A stretch of 64,000 nucleotides of DNA from an uncultured Actinomycetota bacterium (GTDB taxonomy: Bacteria > Actinomycetota > Actinomycetes > DATJPE01), in contig CAVTPM010000005.1 of NCBI GenBank assembly GCA_963736655.1, positions 453,295 through 517,294 on the forward strand, read 5' to 3'. A program made the position numbers and the translations under genes. Positions 22,684 to 34,236 of this stretch are shown here, piece by piece. A model generated the notes under the pieces. The model made no database searches and was not told the DNA's origin. It worked only from the letters and a program-made list of their open reading frames with translations. Numbering within the stretch: position 1 is the first letter of the stretch; every line of letters starts with the position of its first letter.

Positions 22684-23795
22684 CCGGTATGCACGTCGTG
22701 CTGGCCGGCGGCGGCACAGCCGGCCACATCGAGCCTGCGCTCGCAGTCGCCGACGCGCTGCGGGCCCGTGATCCCGACGTCGGGATCACGGCGCTGGGCA
22801 CCGAACGCGGTCTCGAGACGTCGTTGGTCCCCGCTCGTGGCTACGAGCTCGCCCTGATCGCGCCGGTACCCGTGCCGCGCAGGCCGAGCCTGGACCTGCT
22901 ACGCGTCCCCGGACGCCTCCGTGGCGCCGTGCACGAGGTGGGCGAGGTGTTGCGACGCACGGAGGCCGATGTTCTCGTCGGCTTCGGCGGCTATGTGGCG
23001 GCCCCGGCCTATCTGGCTGCCCGCCGGCTCAAGATCCCCTTCGTCGTGCACGAGGCCAATGCCAGCGCCGGCTGGGCCAATCGGCTGGGCGCGCGCCTGA
23101 CGCCGTGGGTGGCCGAGGCAGTACCCGGCGCCCTGTCGCACGCCCGCTACGTCGGGATCCCGCTGCGCCCCGCCGTCGCCCATCTCGATCGTGACGCACG
23201 ACGGGCCGAGGCCCGCGAGCGGTTCGGTCTCGACCTCGACCGACCGACCCTTCTGGTGTCCGGGGGCTCGCAGGGCTCACGGCGGCTCAACGAGGCGGCG
23301 GAAGGTGCGTCGTCAGCGTTGGGGGAAGCCGGGATCCAGGTGCTGCACGCCAGCGGGCCCACGCATGTCGTCCGGGTCGAGCGCGGGGCCGACGAGCCGC
23401 CGTACGTGGTCGTTCCCTACCTCGACCGGATGGACCTGGCCTACGCGGCCGCGGACGTCATGCTCTGTCGGGCCGGGGCCATCACGTGTGCTGAGGTGGC
23501 TGCAGTCGGGCTCCCCGCCTTCTACGTCCCGCTGCCGATCGGCAACGGCGAGCAGCGGCTCAACGCCCGACCGGTCGTCGAGGCCGGAGGCGGGGTCATG
23601 GTTGACGATGCCGCCTGCACGCCAGGCTTCGTGGCCGACGAGGTGGCGGCTCTCGTGCTCGATGCCGGGCGCCGGACGGCCATGGGCGCGGCTGCTTCTG
23701 CCTTCGGTCGTCGTGACGCGGACGAGCGGCTCGTCGACCTCGTGCTCGAGGCGGCCGCGAGCCGCGCCGCAGCAACCCGAGGGGGCGCAGCGTGA
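22680..23795 (+). CDS. murG: Lipid II synthase MurG (alternative start ATG 22689)
   Basis: [19 protein letters not shown]...GGSQGS...[12 protein letters not shown] overlap with the ftsW stop. Confidence 0.9.
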   Translation: MTGMHVVLAGGGTAGHIEPALAVADALRARDPDVGITALGTERGLETSLVPARGYELALIAPVPVPRRPSLDLLRVPGRLRGAVHEVGEVLRRTEADVLVGFGGYVAAPAYLAARRLKIPFVVHEANASAGWANRLGARLTPWVAEAVPGALSHARYVGIPLRPAVAHLDRDARRAEARERFGLDLDRPTLLVSGGSQGSRRLNEAAEGASSALGEAGIQVLHASGPTHVVRVERGADEPPYVVVPYLDRMDLAYAAADVMLCRAGAITCAEVAAVGLPAFYVPLPIGNGEQRLNARPVVEAGGGVMVDDAACTPGFVADEVAALVLDAGRRTAMGAAASAFGRRDADERLVDLVLEAAASRAAATRGGAA

Positions 23796-25208
23796 CCCCG
23801 GGCGCCGAGCCCGCGGTCGCCGACCTGGGCAGGGTCCACTTCGTCGGGGTCGGCGGCGCCGGGATGTCCGGCATCGCCCGCATCATGCTCGCGCGCGGGC
23901 TCACGGTGTCCGGGAGCGATGCCAAGGACTCGCGAGACCTCGCAGCCCTGCGGGCCCTCGGTGCTGATGTGCACGTGGGCCACGACGCGATGCAGGTCGT
24001 GAACGCTGACAGCGTCGTGGTGTCGGCGGCGATCCGACCCACGAACGTGGAGGTGCTGGAAGCGAGGCGGCGAGGCCTCCCGGTGCTGCACCGGGCGCAG
24101 GCCCTCGCCGCCCTCATGGTCGGTCGCCGCGCAGTCGCGGTGGCGGGCACGCACGGGAAGACCACGACCACGTCGATGTTGACGGTCGCTCTCCAGCACT
24201 GTGGGGTCGACCCTTCCTTCGCCATCGGAGGGCACCTGAGCGACTCCGGCGCCAACGCCCACCATGGTTCCGGGGACATCTTCGTGGCCGAGGCCGACGA
24301 GAGCGACGGCTCGTTCCTCCACTACCGTCCCGATGTCGCGGTCGTGACCAACGTCGACCCCGACCATCTCGACCACTACGGGGACGACGCCGCCTACCGC
24401 GACGCCTTCGTCGCCTTCGCGGACTGCATCGTGCCTGGGGGGCACCTCGTCACCTGCGCCGACGACAGCGGAGCCGTCGAGCTGGCGCAGCGGGTGAGGG
24501 CTCGAGGGGGTGAGGTGTCGACCTACGGCGAGGGCGTAGGTGCAGATCTGAGGGTCGCTGGACCTGGTGCTCGAGGGCACGGGTGCACGTTTCGGTGTCG
24601 TGCTCCGCGGGCGGCGCCTGGGTCGCGTTCAGCTTGCGGTACCCGGGAAGCACAACGTGCTCGACGCGGCGGCGGCGCTGCTCGCTGGCCTGACCCTCGG
24701 ACTCCCCGACGAGCGTCTGCGTGAGGGTCTGGCTGACTTCGCCGGGACCCGACGTCGGTTGGAGCTCAAGGGGGCCGCCGGCGGGGTCCGGGTCATCGAC
24801 AGCTACGCCCACCACCCGACCGAGCTCGTCGCGGACCTGACCGCCGCCCGCCAGATCGTGGGGGAGGGGCGACTCGTCGTCGCGTTCCAGCCTCACCTGT
24901 ACAGCCGGACGCGGGTCTTCGCGGAGGCTTTCGGTGCCGCACTCGGCCTGGCCGACGAGGTCGTCGTCATGGAGGTCTACGCGGCGCGTGAAGATCCCGA
25001 ACCGGGGGTGTCAGGGTCGTTGGTGGCCCGGGCGGTCCCCCTCCCGCCCGAGCAGGTGCGCTTCGAGCCGTCGTGGTCCGCTGTCGCTGCCGAGCTGGTG
25101 GACCGGGCTCGGCCCGGGGACCTGGTGCTCACCCTCGGAGCCGGGGACGTGACCCTCCTCGGTCCCGAGGTGGTGGCCCTGCTGACCGAGCGCGCGGAGG
25201 CGTCATGA
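23792..25208 (+). CDS. murC: UDP-MurNAc-L-alanine ligase MurC; frame break ~24558
   Basis: [15 protein letters not shown]...[13 protein letters not shown]...EADESDGSF. ORFs 23792..24724 and 24567..25208 join at ...[17 protein letters not shown]... Confidence 0.88.
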
Positions 25209-25962
25209 GCGGCACCCGACCGGCGACGCTGCACCGGCCCTCGGTCCTCGGAGCGCTCCAGCCGGTTCGCCGAGCGTCCGCGGGCCGACCGCCGGCGCCG
25301 GTGGCGGCGGCGGGGTCTGGCTGCGGGCGCCGTCCTGGCGTTCGCCGGCATCGTGTGGGCCTTGGGCTGGTCGGACCTGCTGGGGGTCCGGACGATCGAG
25401 GTGGTCGGCGAGCAACGGACCACGGAAGGACTCGTGCGGCTCACCGCCGACGTCCAGGCCGGGATCCCCCTCGCCCGGGTGGACACCGGTGAGGTCGAAC
25501 GCAGGGTCGGTGAGATCCGGGTCGTCGCAGACGTGCGGGCCGAACGGGTCTGGCCGCACACCCTGCGCATCACGGTCGTCGAGAGACAGCCGGTGGCCGT
25601 CGCGCGGCGGGGCGGCTTCCTTCGCCTCGTCGATGCGGAGGGCGTCGACTACGCCGGGGTGCTGAGCCAGCCGCGTGGGCTGCCCCGGCTCGACGTCGAT
25701 CTGGACACGACACCGCCTGACGCCGTGGCCGCCGGGCTCTCCGTGATCCAGAACCTGCCGCCCGGCGCTCGCCCGTCGCGTCGAGGCTGTCGAGGCCGGG
25801 AGCCCGGACGACGTCCGGCTGCGGCTGCGTTCGGGGGCGGTCGTGCTGTGGGGTGACGCCGCTGCGGGGGAGCAGAAGGCGGCCGTGCTGAGCGCCTTGC
25901 TGTCCCAGCGCGCCGACCGGTACGACGTGCGCGCCCCGGATGCGCCGACGACCAGGGGCTGA
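25205..25962 (+). CDS. ftsQ: Cell division protein FtsQ; at least two frame breaks (~25245, ~25770)
   Basis: ATGA overlap with murC. Arg-rich N-terminus, TM (GAVLAFAGIVWALGW) and POTRA-like region (VRTIEVVGEQRTTEGLV...WPHTLRITVVERQPVA). The C-terminus (...VEAVEAGSPDDVRLRLRSGAVVLWGD...) is read in a third frame ending TGA 25960-62. Confidence 0.7.
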
Positions 25963-26114
25963 CGGGTCCTCCTGAGGCAGTTCCTCGCCTGACTTCGCCG
26001 CACCGGCTTGCCTCGGGGCCGGTCGCGTCGCCTACCTTCTCCCCCAACCTCAGGTTGACATAACTATGAACCTCTACCTGAACGTGAAGGTTCTCGGCTG
26101 GAAGGGCGGACGCC

Positions 26115-27275
26115 GTGGCGGCACCGCAGAACTACATCGCGGTCATCAAGGTCGTGGGTATCGGTGGGGGCGGCGTCAATGCCGTGAACCGGATGATCGA
26201 CGTCGGGCTCAAGGGCGTCGAGTTCATCGCCATCAACACCGATGCGCAGGCACTCCTCATGAGTGATGCCGACGTCAAGCTCGACGTGGGCCGGGAGCTC
26301 ACGCGGGGTCTCGGCGCAGGCGCCGACCCCGAGGTCGGCCGGACCGCGACCGAGGACCACTCCGAGGAGATCGAGGAGGTCCTCAAGGGGGCCGACATGG
26401 TCTTCGTCACTGCGGGCGAGGGTGGGGGCACCGGCACCGGTGGCGCACCGGTCGTCGCCCGGATCGCCCGATCGCTCGGTGCGTTGACGGTCGGTGTCGT
26501 GACTCGGCCGTTCTCCTTCGAGGGCAAGCGTCGGTCGGTGCAGGCCGAGACCGGCATCGACGAGCTGCGCGCCGAGGTCGACACGCTCATCGTCATCCCC
26601 AACGACCGGCTGCTCTCGATCAGCGACCGCAACGTCTCGGCCCTGGACGCCTTCCGTTCCGCCGACCAGGTCCTTCTGTCGGGCGTGCAAGGGATCACCG
26701 ACCTGATCACGACGGCCGGGCTCATCAACCTCGACTTCGCCGACGTGAAGTCGGTCATGCTCGGGGCCGGTTCGGCCCTCATGGGCATCGGTTCCGCACG
26801 CGGTGAGGACCGCGCGGTCGCGGCCGCCGAGATGGCGGTCTCCAGCCCGCTGCTCGAAGCCTCGATCGAAGGGGCCCGTGGAGTGCTGCTGTCGGTGTCG
26901 GGCGGTTCCGACCTCGGCCTGTTCGAGATCAACGAGGCCGCTCGGCTGGTGCAGGAGGCTGCGCACCCGGACGCCAACATCATCTTCGGCGCGGTCATCG
27001 ACGACGCGCTGGGCGACGAGGTGCGGGTGACCGTCATCGCTGCCGGTTTCGACGGCGGGGAGCCCAAGCCGCGCACCCAACCCCTGCGTGGGGCGGAGAC
27101 GTTGCCCGTGACGGCACCTGCGGTGACGGCGATCGAGGAGTCGGCAGCAGGCGACGAGGCGGACGCCGAGCGGGAGATCACCCTCCCTGCCGACCCGACC
27201 CGGGTCCGTCGGCCCATCGTCTTCGACGACACGATGGCAGGGGACGATCTCGACGTCCCCGACTTCCTCAAGTAG
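26115..27275 (+). CDS. ftsZ: Tubulin-like division GTPase FtsZ
   Basis: Intact 386 aa. [17 protein letters not shown]...[11 protein letters not shown]...[14 protein letters not shown]-terminal [10 protein letters not shown] peptide. Confidence 0.95.
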   Translation: MAAPQNYIAVIKVVGIGGGGVNAVNRMIDVGLKGVEFIAINTDAQALLMSDADVKLDVGRELTRGLGAGADPEVGRTATEDHSEEIEEVLKGADMVFVTAGEGGGTGTGGAPVVARIARSLGALTVGVVTRPFSFEGKRRSVQAETGIDELRAEVDTLIVIPNDRLLSISDRNVSALDAFRSADQVLLSGVQGITDLITTAGLINLDFADVKSVMLGAGSALMGIGSARGEDRAVAAAEMAVSSPLLEASIEGARGVLLSVSGGSDLGLFEINEAARLVQEAAHPDANIIFGAVIDDALGDEVRVTVIAAGFDGGEPKPRTQPLRGAETLPVTAPAVTAIEESAAGDEADAEREITLPADPTRVRRPIVFDDTMAGDDLDVPDFLK

Positions 27276-27294
27276 TCGGACCCGCTCAGGGCTC

Positions 27295-28033
27295 GTGACG
27301 AACCACCAGCCGACGCCACCGTCGTCGAGTCGGTTCGTCACCGCCTTCAGCGACCGGCGCGGCGGTGTGAGCCAGCCCCCGTACGACTCGCTCAACGTCG
27401 GTGACCACGTCGGGGACGACGCCGAGCGCGTGGCGACCAACCGCGCGCAGCTGGCGGCCGCGGTCGGGGTCGACGAGGTCCGGTGGATGGATCAGGTGCA
27501 CGGCGACCGGGTCGTGGTGCTCGACGCGCCGCGCCGCGCCCACCGCTCCGCTGCCCCGGTGCGACGGGTTGGTGACGGCGCTCCCTGGTCTCGCCCTGGG
27601 GGTGCTCGTCGCCGACTGCGTGCCCGTGCTGATGGTGGACGCCCGCGCGGGCGTCGCCGCCGCCGTGCACGCCGGCCGCCGCGGGGTTGCTCACGACATC
27701 GTGGCTCGCGCCCTCGAGGCGATGGTCGGACCTCGGTGCCGCCGAGCATGCGGGTCGAGGTCCTTCTCGGGCCGTCGATCTGCGGCGCCTGCTACGAGGT
27801 GCCTCGCGCGTTGCAGGAGGAAGTGGTCAGCGAGGTCCCGACCGCCCGCTCGACGACCCGGTGGGGGACCCCCGGGCTGGACCTCCGGGTCGGGCTGAGT
27901 GACCGGCTGGCCGGCAGGGTCGCCTGCCGTCGAGCTCGTCGGCCCGTGCACCTACGAGTCCCGCCACCACTTCTCCCACAGGCGCGACGGCGTCACCGGC
28001 CGCTCGGCAGGGGTCGTACGGTTCGTCGTGTGA
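27295..28033 (+). CDS. pgeF: Peptidoglycan editing factor PgeF/YfiH (DUF152, YlmD-like); at least four frame breaks
   Basis: Pieces in three frames join colinearly: FSDRRGGVSQPPYDSLNVGDHVGDD / DGLVTALPGLALGVLVADCVPVLMVD...AVHAGRRG / VEVLLGPSICGACYEV / VELVGPCTYESRHHFSHRRDG. Breaks at ~27545, ~27725, ~27745 and ~27925. Confidence 0.7.
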
Positions 28034-28044
28034 GCGATCTCGGC

Positions 28045-28755
28045 ATGAAGGACCCACGGACCCTCGAGCTGTCGACCAACCTCGCGCGCGTGCGATCGGA
28101 GCTCGGCGACGCGGCGGTGCGGGCCGGCCGCGAGCCGTCCTCGGTGACCCTGGTCGCCGTGACCAAGACCTGGCCGGCCGACGACGTCCGGCGGTTGGCC
28201 GAGCTCGGAGTCACCGACGTCGGCGAGAACCGCGACCAGGAGGCGGCCCCGAAAGCGTTCGCCTGCCGCGACCTCGACGTGCGCTGGCACTTCATCGGAC
28301 AGCTGCAGACCAACAAGGTGCGGTCCGTCGCGACCTACGCCGATGTCGTGCACGCCGTGGACCGAGCGCGCCTGGTCGGGGCGCTCGATCGTGCGGCGGT
28401 GTCCGCGGGCCGCCGGCTGCGGGTGCTTCTCCAGGTCTCCCTGGCCCACGACCCCTCACCCGACACCGGCCGGGGGGGCGCCGCCCCAGCAGAGCTCTCG
28501 GACCTGGCGGACGCCGTGGTCACCTCGGCTGCCCTCGACCTCGGGGGTGTCATGGGCGTGGCCCCCTTGGGCGAGGACGCGGGCGCGGCCTTCGCCCGTC
28601 TCGCCGAGGCAGCCGAGGACCTGCGCTCGGCGCACCCGGGGGCCACCTGGGTGTCCGCGGGCATGAGCGCTGACTTCGTCCAGGCCATCGAGCACGGCGC
28701 GACACACGTGCGCATCGGCTCGGCGCTGCTCGGGAACCGGTCGTCGCTCCGGTAG
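28045..28755 (+). CDS. yggS: YggS/YlmE-family PLP homeostasis protein (alternative GTG start 28030)
   Basis: VTLVAVTKTWP...GENRDQEA...WHFIGQLQTNKV...SAGMSADF...HVRIGSALLG. Confidence 0.85.
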   Translation: MKDPRTLELSTNLARVRSELGDAAVRAGREPSSVTLVAVTKTWPADDVRRLAELGVTDVGENRDQEAAPKAFACRDLDVRWHFIGQLQTNKVRSVATYADVVHAVDRARLVGALDRAAVSAGRRLRVLLQVSLAHDPSPDTGRGGAAPAELSDLADAVVTSAALDLGGVMGVAPLGEDAGAAFARLAEAAEDLRSAHPGATWVSAGMSADFVQAIEHGATHVRIGSALLGNRSSLR

Positions 28756-28815
28756 CCTCGGTCCGCGGCGGGTCGTCCGGCCCGCTGAGCCCCGTCCCGG
28801 AGGGAACCTGACGGC

Positions 28816-29355
28816 ATGGCCGGCGCAATGCGCAAGATGGCGGTCTACCTCGGCCTCGTCGAGGACGAGGCCCAGTTCTACGACGAGTACGGCAGCGGCG
28901 AGTACGGCACCGACGCGTACGGGTACGCCGCCGACGAGTCCACGCGTCCCGACGTGCGCCCCGACCCGCGATCCGAGGCCCGCAGCGCGACGCGCACCCT
29001 GGCACCGGTCCGTGAGGACAAGCTGGCCGCGGTGCCGGCGCGCCCCGTCGCACCCCGGGTCGAGCCCGACCTCGACTCCTACCGCATCACCACGCTGCAC
29101 CCGCGCACCTACAACGACGCGCGCACCGTCGGGGAGTACTTCCGCGAGGGCACGCCGGTGATCATGAACCTCACGGACATGGAGGACGTCGACGCGAAGC
29201 GACTCGTCGACTTCGCCGCGGGCCTCGTGTTCGCGGTGCACGGGACCATCGAGCGGGTCACCTCCAAGGTCTTCCTGCTCTCGCCCGCCAACGTCGTGGT
29301 CACGGCTGAGGAGAAGGCCCGCCTCGCCGAGGGCGGGTTCTTCAACCAGTCCTGA
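28816..29355 (+). CDS. sepF: Cell division protein SepF
   Basis: [17 protein letters not shown]...[25 protein letters not shown]...[28 protein letters not shown]. Confidence 0.9.
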   Translation: MAGAMRKMAVYLGLVEDEAQFYDEYGSGEYGTDAYGYAADESTRPDVRPDPRSEARSATRTLAPVREDKLAAVPARPVAPRVEPDLDSYRITTLHPRTYNDARTVGEYFREGTPVIMNLTDMEDVDAKRLVDFAAGLVFAVHGTIERVTSKVFLLSPANVVVTAEEKARLAEGGFFNQS

Positions 29356-29383
29356 GCACGCCCGGACCTCCGCGAGCAACGCC

Positions 29384-29686
29384 GTGGCTCTGATCGCTGA
29401 CGTCATCTTCGTCCTGGGGTCGCTGTTCGTCCTCGTGCTCATCGTCCGGCTGGTGCTCGACTACATCTTCATGTTCGCGCGCGACTACACTCCGCGGGGC
29501 TTGGTGCTGATCCTCGCGGAGGTGGTGTTCTCGATCACCGACCCGCCGCTGCGTTTCGTCCGTCGCTTCGTCCCTCCGTTGCGGCTCGGGAGCGTGAGTC
29601 TCGACCTCGCTTTCCTCGTGCTCCTGATCTTCGTGCAGGTGGTCATCGTGGGGTTCCTCACCAACCTGCTGCGGTCCTTCGCGTAA
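29384..29686 (+). CDS. YggT-family membrane protein
   Basis: 100-aa ORF with hydrophobic segments. Conserved position after sepF. Motif ITDPPLRFVRRFVPPLR. Confidence 0.85.
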   Translation: MALIADVIFVLGSLFVLVLIVRLVLDYIFMFARDYTPRGLVLILAEVVFSITDPPLRFVRRFVPPLRLGSVSLDLAFLVLLIFVQVVIVGFLTNLLRSFA

Positions 29687-29740
29687 CCTCGTCCTCAGCC
29701 GCGGCCTCTTCGGGTCGCCCTCGTCGCTTTGGGAGTTCTC

Positions 29741-30469
29741 ATGCCGCTGTCCGCGTCTGACGTGGCCAACAAGCAGTTCACCACCGTGAAGCTGCGCGAG
29801 GGTTACAACATGGAGGAGGTCGACGGCTTCCTCGATGAGGTCGAGGCTGAGCTCGGCCGCCTCCACCGCGAGATCGACGACCTCACAGCGAAGGCTGCGG
29901 CGGCTCCGGCGGCCGCGCCTGTGGTGGCAGTTCCGGTCGCACCCGAGGTGCCGGCTGCCCCGGTGGCACCGGCCGCCCCGCCGGCCAGCGACTCAGCCGT
30001 CCAGATGCTCGCGTTGGCTCAGAAGACGGCCGACGAGCACCTGGCCGCCGCCAAGGTCGAGGCCAACCGCATCGTCGCGGAGGCCCAGGCCACCCACGAC
30101 CGGACCATGGGCGACCTCGCCTCCGAGCGCGTCGCGGTGCAGGCGAAGGTCGATGAGCTGCGCGCCTTCGAGAAGGAGTACCGCACCCGCCTGCGCTCCT
30201 ACCTCGAGGGCCAGCTCCGCGACCTCGAGGCCAAGTCGGCTGCCCCGGCCACGCTGGGCACCGTGACGGCCCCCTTGGTCGCTCACCCGCCCGCCGCGAC
30301 GCCTGCGGCGCCGTCCGCACCGGCGGCTGCCCAGGAGTCGTCGCCCCCTGCGTCAACGCCGGCCGTCCAGCAGTCGTCGACGCAGCAGACGGCTCCTGCC
30401 GTCGCTCCGTCTGAGGCCCGGCCCTGCACCGCAGCCGCCGCGCCCGTTCAGCCCGGCCCCTGCACCTGA
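29741..30469 (+). CDS. divIVA: DivIVA/Wag31 polar growth determinant; the C-terminus may continue to 30503 in another frame
   Basis: MPLSASDVANKQFTTVKLREGYNMEEVDGFLDEVE plus coiled coil. A +1 frame from ~30415 reads a more natural PGPAPQPPRPFSPAPAPDAPSGPPTQAE stop (TGA 30501-03). Confidence 0.85.
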   Translation: MPLSASDVANKQFTTVKLREGYNMEEVDGFLDEVEAELGRLHREIDDLTAKAAAAPAAAPVVAVPVAPEVPAAPVAPAAPPASDSAVQMLALAQKTADEHLAAAKVEANRIVAEAQATHDRTMGDLASERVAVQAKVDELRAFEKEYRTRLRSYLEGQLRDLEAKSAAPATLGTVTAPLVAHPPAATPAAPSAPAAAQESSPPASTPAVQQSSTQQTAPAVAPSEARPCTAAAAPVQPGPCT

Positions 30470-30512
30470 CGCGCCGAGCGGCCCTCCCACCCAGGCGGAG
30501 TGAGCCTGCGGC

Positions 30513-30980
30513 TCAGACCGGGCGCCGGAAGGGGTCGCGCGCCGGCGGAGCCGGCATGCTCACGCGCGCCCCGTCGACGGGGATCCCCGACAGGCCGAGC
30601 ACCGAGGTGAGCAGCGACAGCGTGGTCACGCCTGCGGCCACGCCGTCCGCGGTGATCATGGCCCGGTAGATCGTCACGTAGTGCTTGACCGGGCTGTCAT
30701 AGCTCCAGTCGACCGACCCCAGCTGCACGGCGCCCCCCGGGTCGTCGGAGGAGGCCCAAGGGCGGTCCCACACCTGGATACCGATCGGCGAGGAGCAGTA
30801 GACCCCGCCCTGCGACACGTCGCGGGCCTTCGCGGCGTCGAGGAGCGAGCGGCTCTCCTTCTCGGCGAGGACGAGCGCTGGGCGCACATGGCTGGACAGG
30901 GCAGGGACTGCGACCGCATTCGGTCGCAGGCGGAGCCCGGTGAGGGCGGGTCCCCCGAGAGGGAGCGTGTGCAGCGTCAT
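30513..30980 (-). CDS. Hypothetical protein (155 aa), no family recognised
   Basis: ATG 30980 is preceded by GGAGGA (5-nt spacer). GC3-rich codons. Reads MTLHTLPLGGPALTGLRLRPN...VYCSSPIGIQVWDRPWASSDDPGG...HYVTIYRAMITADG. Confidence 0.5.
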   Translation of the reverse strand: MTLHTLPLGGPALTGLRLRPNAVAVPALSSHVRPALVLAEKESRSLLDAAKARDVSQGGVYCSSPIGIQVWDRPWASSDDPGGAVQLGSVDWSYDSPVKHYVTIYRAMITADGVAAGVTTLSLLTSVLGLSGIPVDGARVSMPAPPARDPFRRPV

Positions 30981-31093
30981 GCGGTCCTCCGGTCGCAGGC
31001 CGACCACCAAGGGCGTCAGAGGGGTGAGGCCTCATGGACCTATCGGTCGCCCGAGTGCCCATCCTTAGCCCGGATCGACCCCACTTGGGGACG

Positions 31094-34000
31094 TCATCGG
31101 CGCTCCAGCGTGATCGTGAGCCCGAGGTCGCGGTCGGAGTGCCCCTCGAGGCCGATCACTTGGTCGTCGACCCGGTCGAAGGCCAGGGCGAGCACCTCCT
31201 CGGCCACGGTGGCCGCATGCTCCTCGAGCGCCTCCGCCGTCTCGCCGACCGCCGCCCACCGCACGACGATCCGGTCGGACACCTCGAAGCCGCTGGTCTT
31301 GCGCGCCTCCTGGATCATCCGGACGGCCTCCCGGGCCAGTCCGGCTCGCCGCAGGCTCGGCGTGATCTCCAGGTCGAGGGCCACGGTCTCGCCCGCGTCG
31401 GCTGCCACCGCCCAGCCGGAGCGGGGAGCCTCGGTCACGACGACCTCGTCCGGGGTGAGCGGGATCGTCTCCCCGTCGACCTGCACGGTGGCGACCCCGG
31501 TCGTGGTCAGTGACGCCGACAAGGCGGCCGCGTCGGCAGCTGCCACCGCTTCCGCGACACGAGGAGTCCGTTGCCCGAACCTCTTGCCCAGCGCCCGGAA
31601 GTTGGCTTTCGCGCTGACGTCGACGAGGTCGCCTTCTGCGGTCCCGAGCGCCTCGAGAGACCCGACGTTGAGCTCGTCGGCCACCTGGCGGCGGAGGTCG
31701 TCGGGCAACGCCGCCCAGCCGGCGCCACTGACGAGCGCCCGTCCGAGCGGCTGCCTCGTGCGCACCCCGGAGTCGGCGCGCGCCGCCCGCCCCAGCTCGA
31801 CGAGCCTGCGCACGAGGGCCACCTGCCCGGCGAGCTCGTCGTCGAGCAGCGTCGGGTCGACCGTCGGCCACGGAGCGAGGTGCACCGAGTCGGGGAGGTC
31901 GTCGGAGGTCGCGGCGAACAGGTCCTGCCACACCCGCTCGGTGATGAACGGGGTGATCGGTGCCATCAGCAAGGTGACGATCGCGAGGCACTCGTGCAGC
32001 GTGGCCAAGGCGGCCGGGTCCCCGGACCAGAACCGGCGCCTGCTGCGGCGCACGTACCAGTTGGAGAGATCGTCGACGTAGGCGGCGAGCAGGCGCCCGG
32101 CGCGCTGGGTGTCGTAGCTGCTCCAGGGCATCGTCGACCGCGGCGGCGAGCCGATGGACCTCGGACAGCGCCCACCGGTCGAGAACCGGTCGCTCGGCCA
32201 CGGGCGGGGCGGCCTGCGCCGCCGGCTCCCACCCAGCCGTGCGGGCGTACAGGGACTGGAACGCGACGACGTTCCAGTAGGTCAGCAGCGTCTTGCGGAC
32301 GACGTCCTGGATCGCGGCGTGCCCGACTCGACGACCCTGCCAGGGCGAGCCTCCGGCGGCCATGAACCAGCGGACGGCATCGGCGCCGTGCGCGTCCATC
32401 AGACCGATCGGTTCCAGCACGTTGCCGAGGTGCTTGGACATCTTGCGTCCCTGCTCGTCCTGGATGTGGCCGAGGCAGACGACGTGTCGGTAGGAGGACG
32501 AGCCCATGACCAGGGTTCCGACGGCCATCAGCGTGTAGAACCAGCCGCGGGTCTGGTCGATGGCCTCGCAGATGAAGTCGGCGGGGTAACGCCCGTCGAA
32601 CACCTCGGCGCTCCCGGGGGCATGGGGATAGCCCCACTGGGCGAACGGCATGGCCCCGGAGTCGTACCAGCCGTCGATGACCTGGGGCACCCGCCGCGCC
32701 TCCGCTCCGCAGGTCGGGCAGGGCAGCGTGACGTCGTCGACGTAGGGCCGATGCGGGTCGAGGGCCGAGACGTCCTGTCCCGACAGCTGACCCAGCTCGG
32801 CCAGCGACCCGACGCAGGTGAGGTGGGTCTCGTCGTCCGCGCACCGCCAGATCGGCAGCGGGGTGCCCCAGTAGCGGTCGCGGGACAGCGCCCAGTCGAT
32901 GTTGTTGGTCAGCCAGTCCCCGTAGCGGCCGTGCTTGATCGTGTCGGGGTACCAGTGGGTTCGCTCGTTCTCCGCGAGCAGCTGGTCCTTGATCGCGGTC
33001 GTGCGGATGTACCAGGACGGCAGGGCGTAGTAGAGCAGCGCGGTGTGGCACCGCCAGCAGTGCGGGTAGGAGTGCTCGTACGGGACGTGCTTGAACAGCC
33101 GCTCGCGCGCAGCCAGGTCGGCCACCAGGTCGGCATCGGCCTTCTTGAAGAACTGGCCGCCCACGAGGGGGACGTCAGCCTCGAAGTGCCCGTCGCGGGT
33201 CACCGGGTTGACCACCGGGAGGCCGTACGCCCTGCAGATGCGGAGGTCGTCGGCGCCGAAGGCCGGGGACTGGTGGACCAGACCGGTGCCGTCCTCGGTC
33301 GTCACGTAGCCGTCCAGCACGACGTAGTGGGCGTCGGGGATGTCGATCAGGTCGAAGGGTCGGGTGTAGGTCCAGCGCTCCATCGAGCGCCCGGAGACGG
33401 TCTCCTCGACGGTCCAGCCCTCGCCGAGCGCGGCCTCGACGAGGGGCGCGGCGACCACGAACCGGTCGGCGTCGCGCGACACGACCACGTAGTCGACCTC
33501 GGGGTTGGCAGCCACTGCGGTGTTGGACACGAGCGTCCACGGGGTCGTCGTCCACACCAGCAGGTCGGCCCGACCGGCCCAGGGACCGGACGTCAGCGGC
33601 ATCCGGACGTAGACCGAGGGGTCCACGACGGTCTCGTAGCCCTGGGCCAGCTCGTGGTCGGACAGCCCGGTCCCGCAGCGTGGACAGTACGGCGCGACGC
33701 GGTGGTCCTGGACGAGCAGGCCCTGGTCGAAGATCGCCTTCAGCGACCACCAGACGCTCTCCACGTAGGACGCGTCCATGGTGCGGTAGGCCTGGGACAT
33801 GTCGACCCAGTAGCCCATCCGCTCGGTCATCGCCTCGAACTCGCCCACGTGCCGCTCCACCGAAGCGCGGCACCTGGCGTTGAACTCGGCGACCCCGTAG
33901 GCCTCGATGTCGCCCTTGCCCGTGAACCCGAGCTCCTTCTCCACGGCCAGCTCCACGGGCAGCCCGTGGCAGTCCCAGCCGGCCTTCCGGGGCACATGGT

Positions 34001-34236
34001 GCCCCTTCATCGTCCGGTAGCGGGGGAACACGTCCTTGAACACCCGGGCCTCGACGTGGTGAGCGCCTGGCATCCCGTTGGCCGTGGGAGGTCCTTCGTA
34101 GAAGACCCACAACGGCCCGTCCTCGGTCTGGGTCAGGCTTCGAGCGAAGACCTCGTGCTCGCGCCAGAACGCCAGGATCTCGCGATCGACGGCGGGCAGG
34201 TCGACCTGCGGGGGGACCGGTCGGTAGAGGGCCACG
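31094..34236 (-). CDS. ileS: Isoleucyl-tRNA synthetase; frame break ~32130
   Basis: GTG 34236 after GAAGGAG. PPTANGMPGAHHV (HIGH region), KMSKHLGN (KMSKS) and an editing domain. ORFs 31065..34664 and 31094..32131 join at ...AAVDDA/SSYDTQRAGRLLAAYVDDLSNWYVRRSRRRFW. Confidence 0.9.

Noticed and set aside
26066-26266. 66-aa ORF starting at an ATG in the ftsZ leader and overlapping the ftsZ start
   Set aside because: It is out of frame with ftsZ, has no SD, and its composition becomes Arg/Gly junk once inside ftsZ.
32100-32140. Possibility that frame breaks such as the one in ileS are programmed frameshifts or real pseudogenes
   Set aside because: No slippery heptamer or downstream structure was seen. 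The same kind of break hits many unrelated essential genes, which argues for sequence error.
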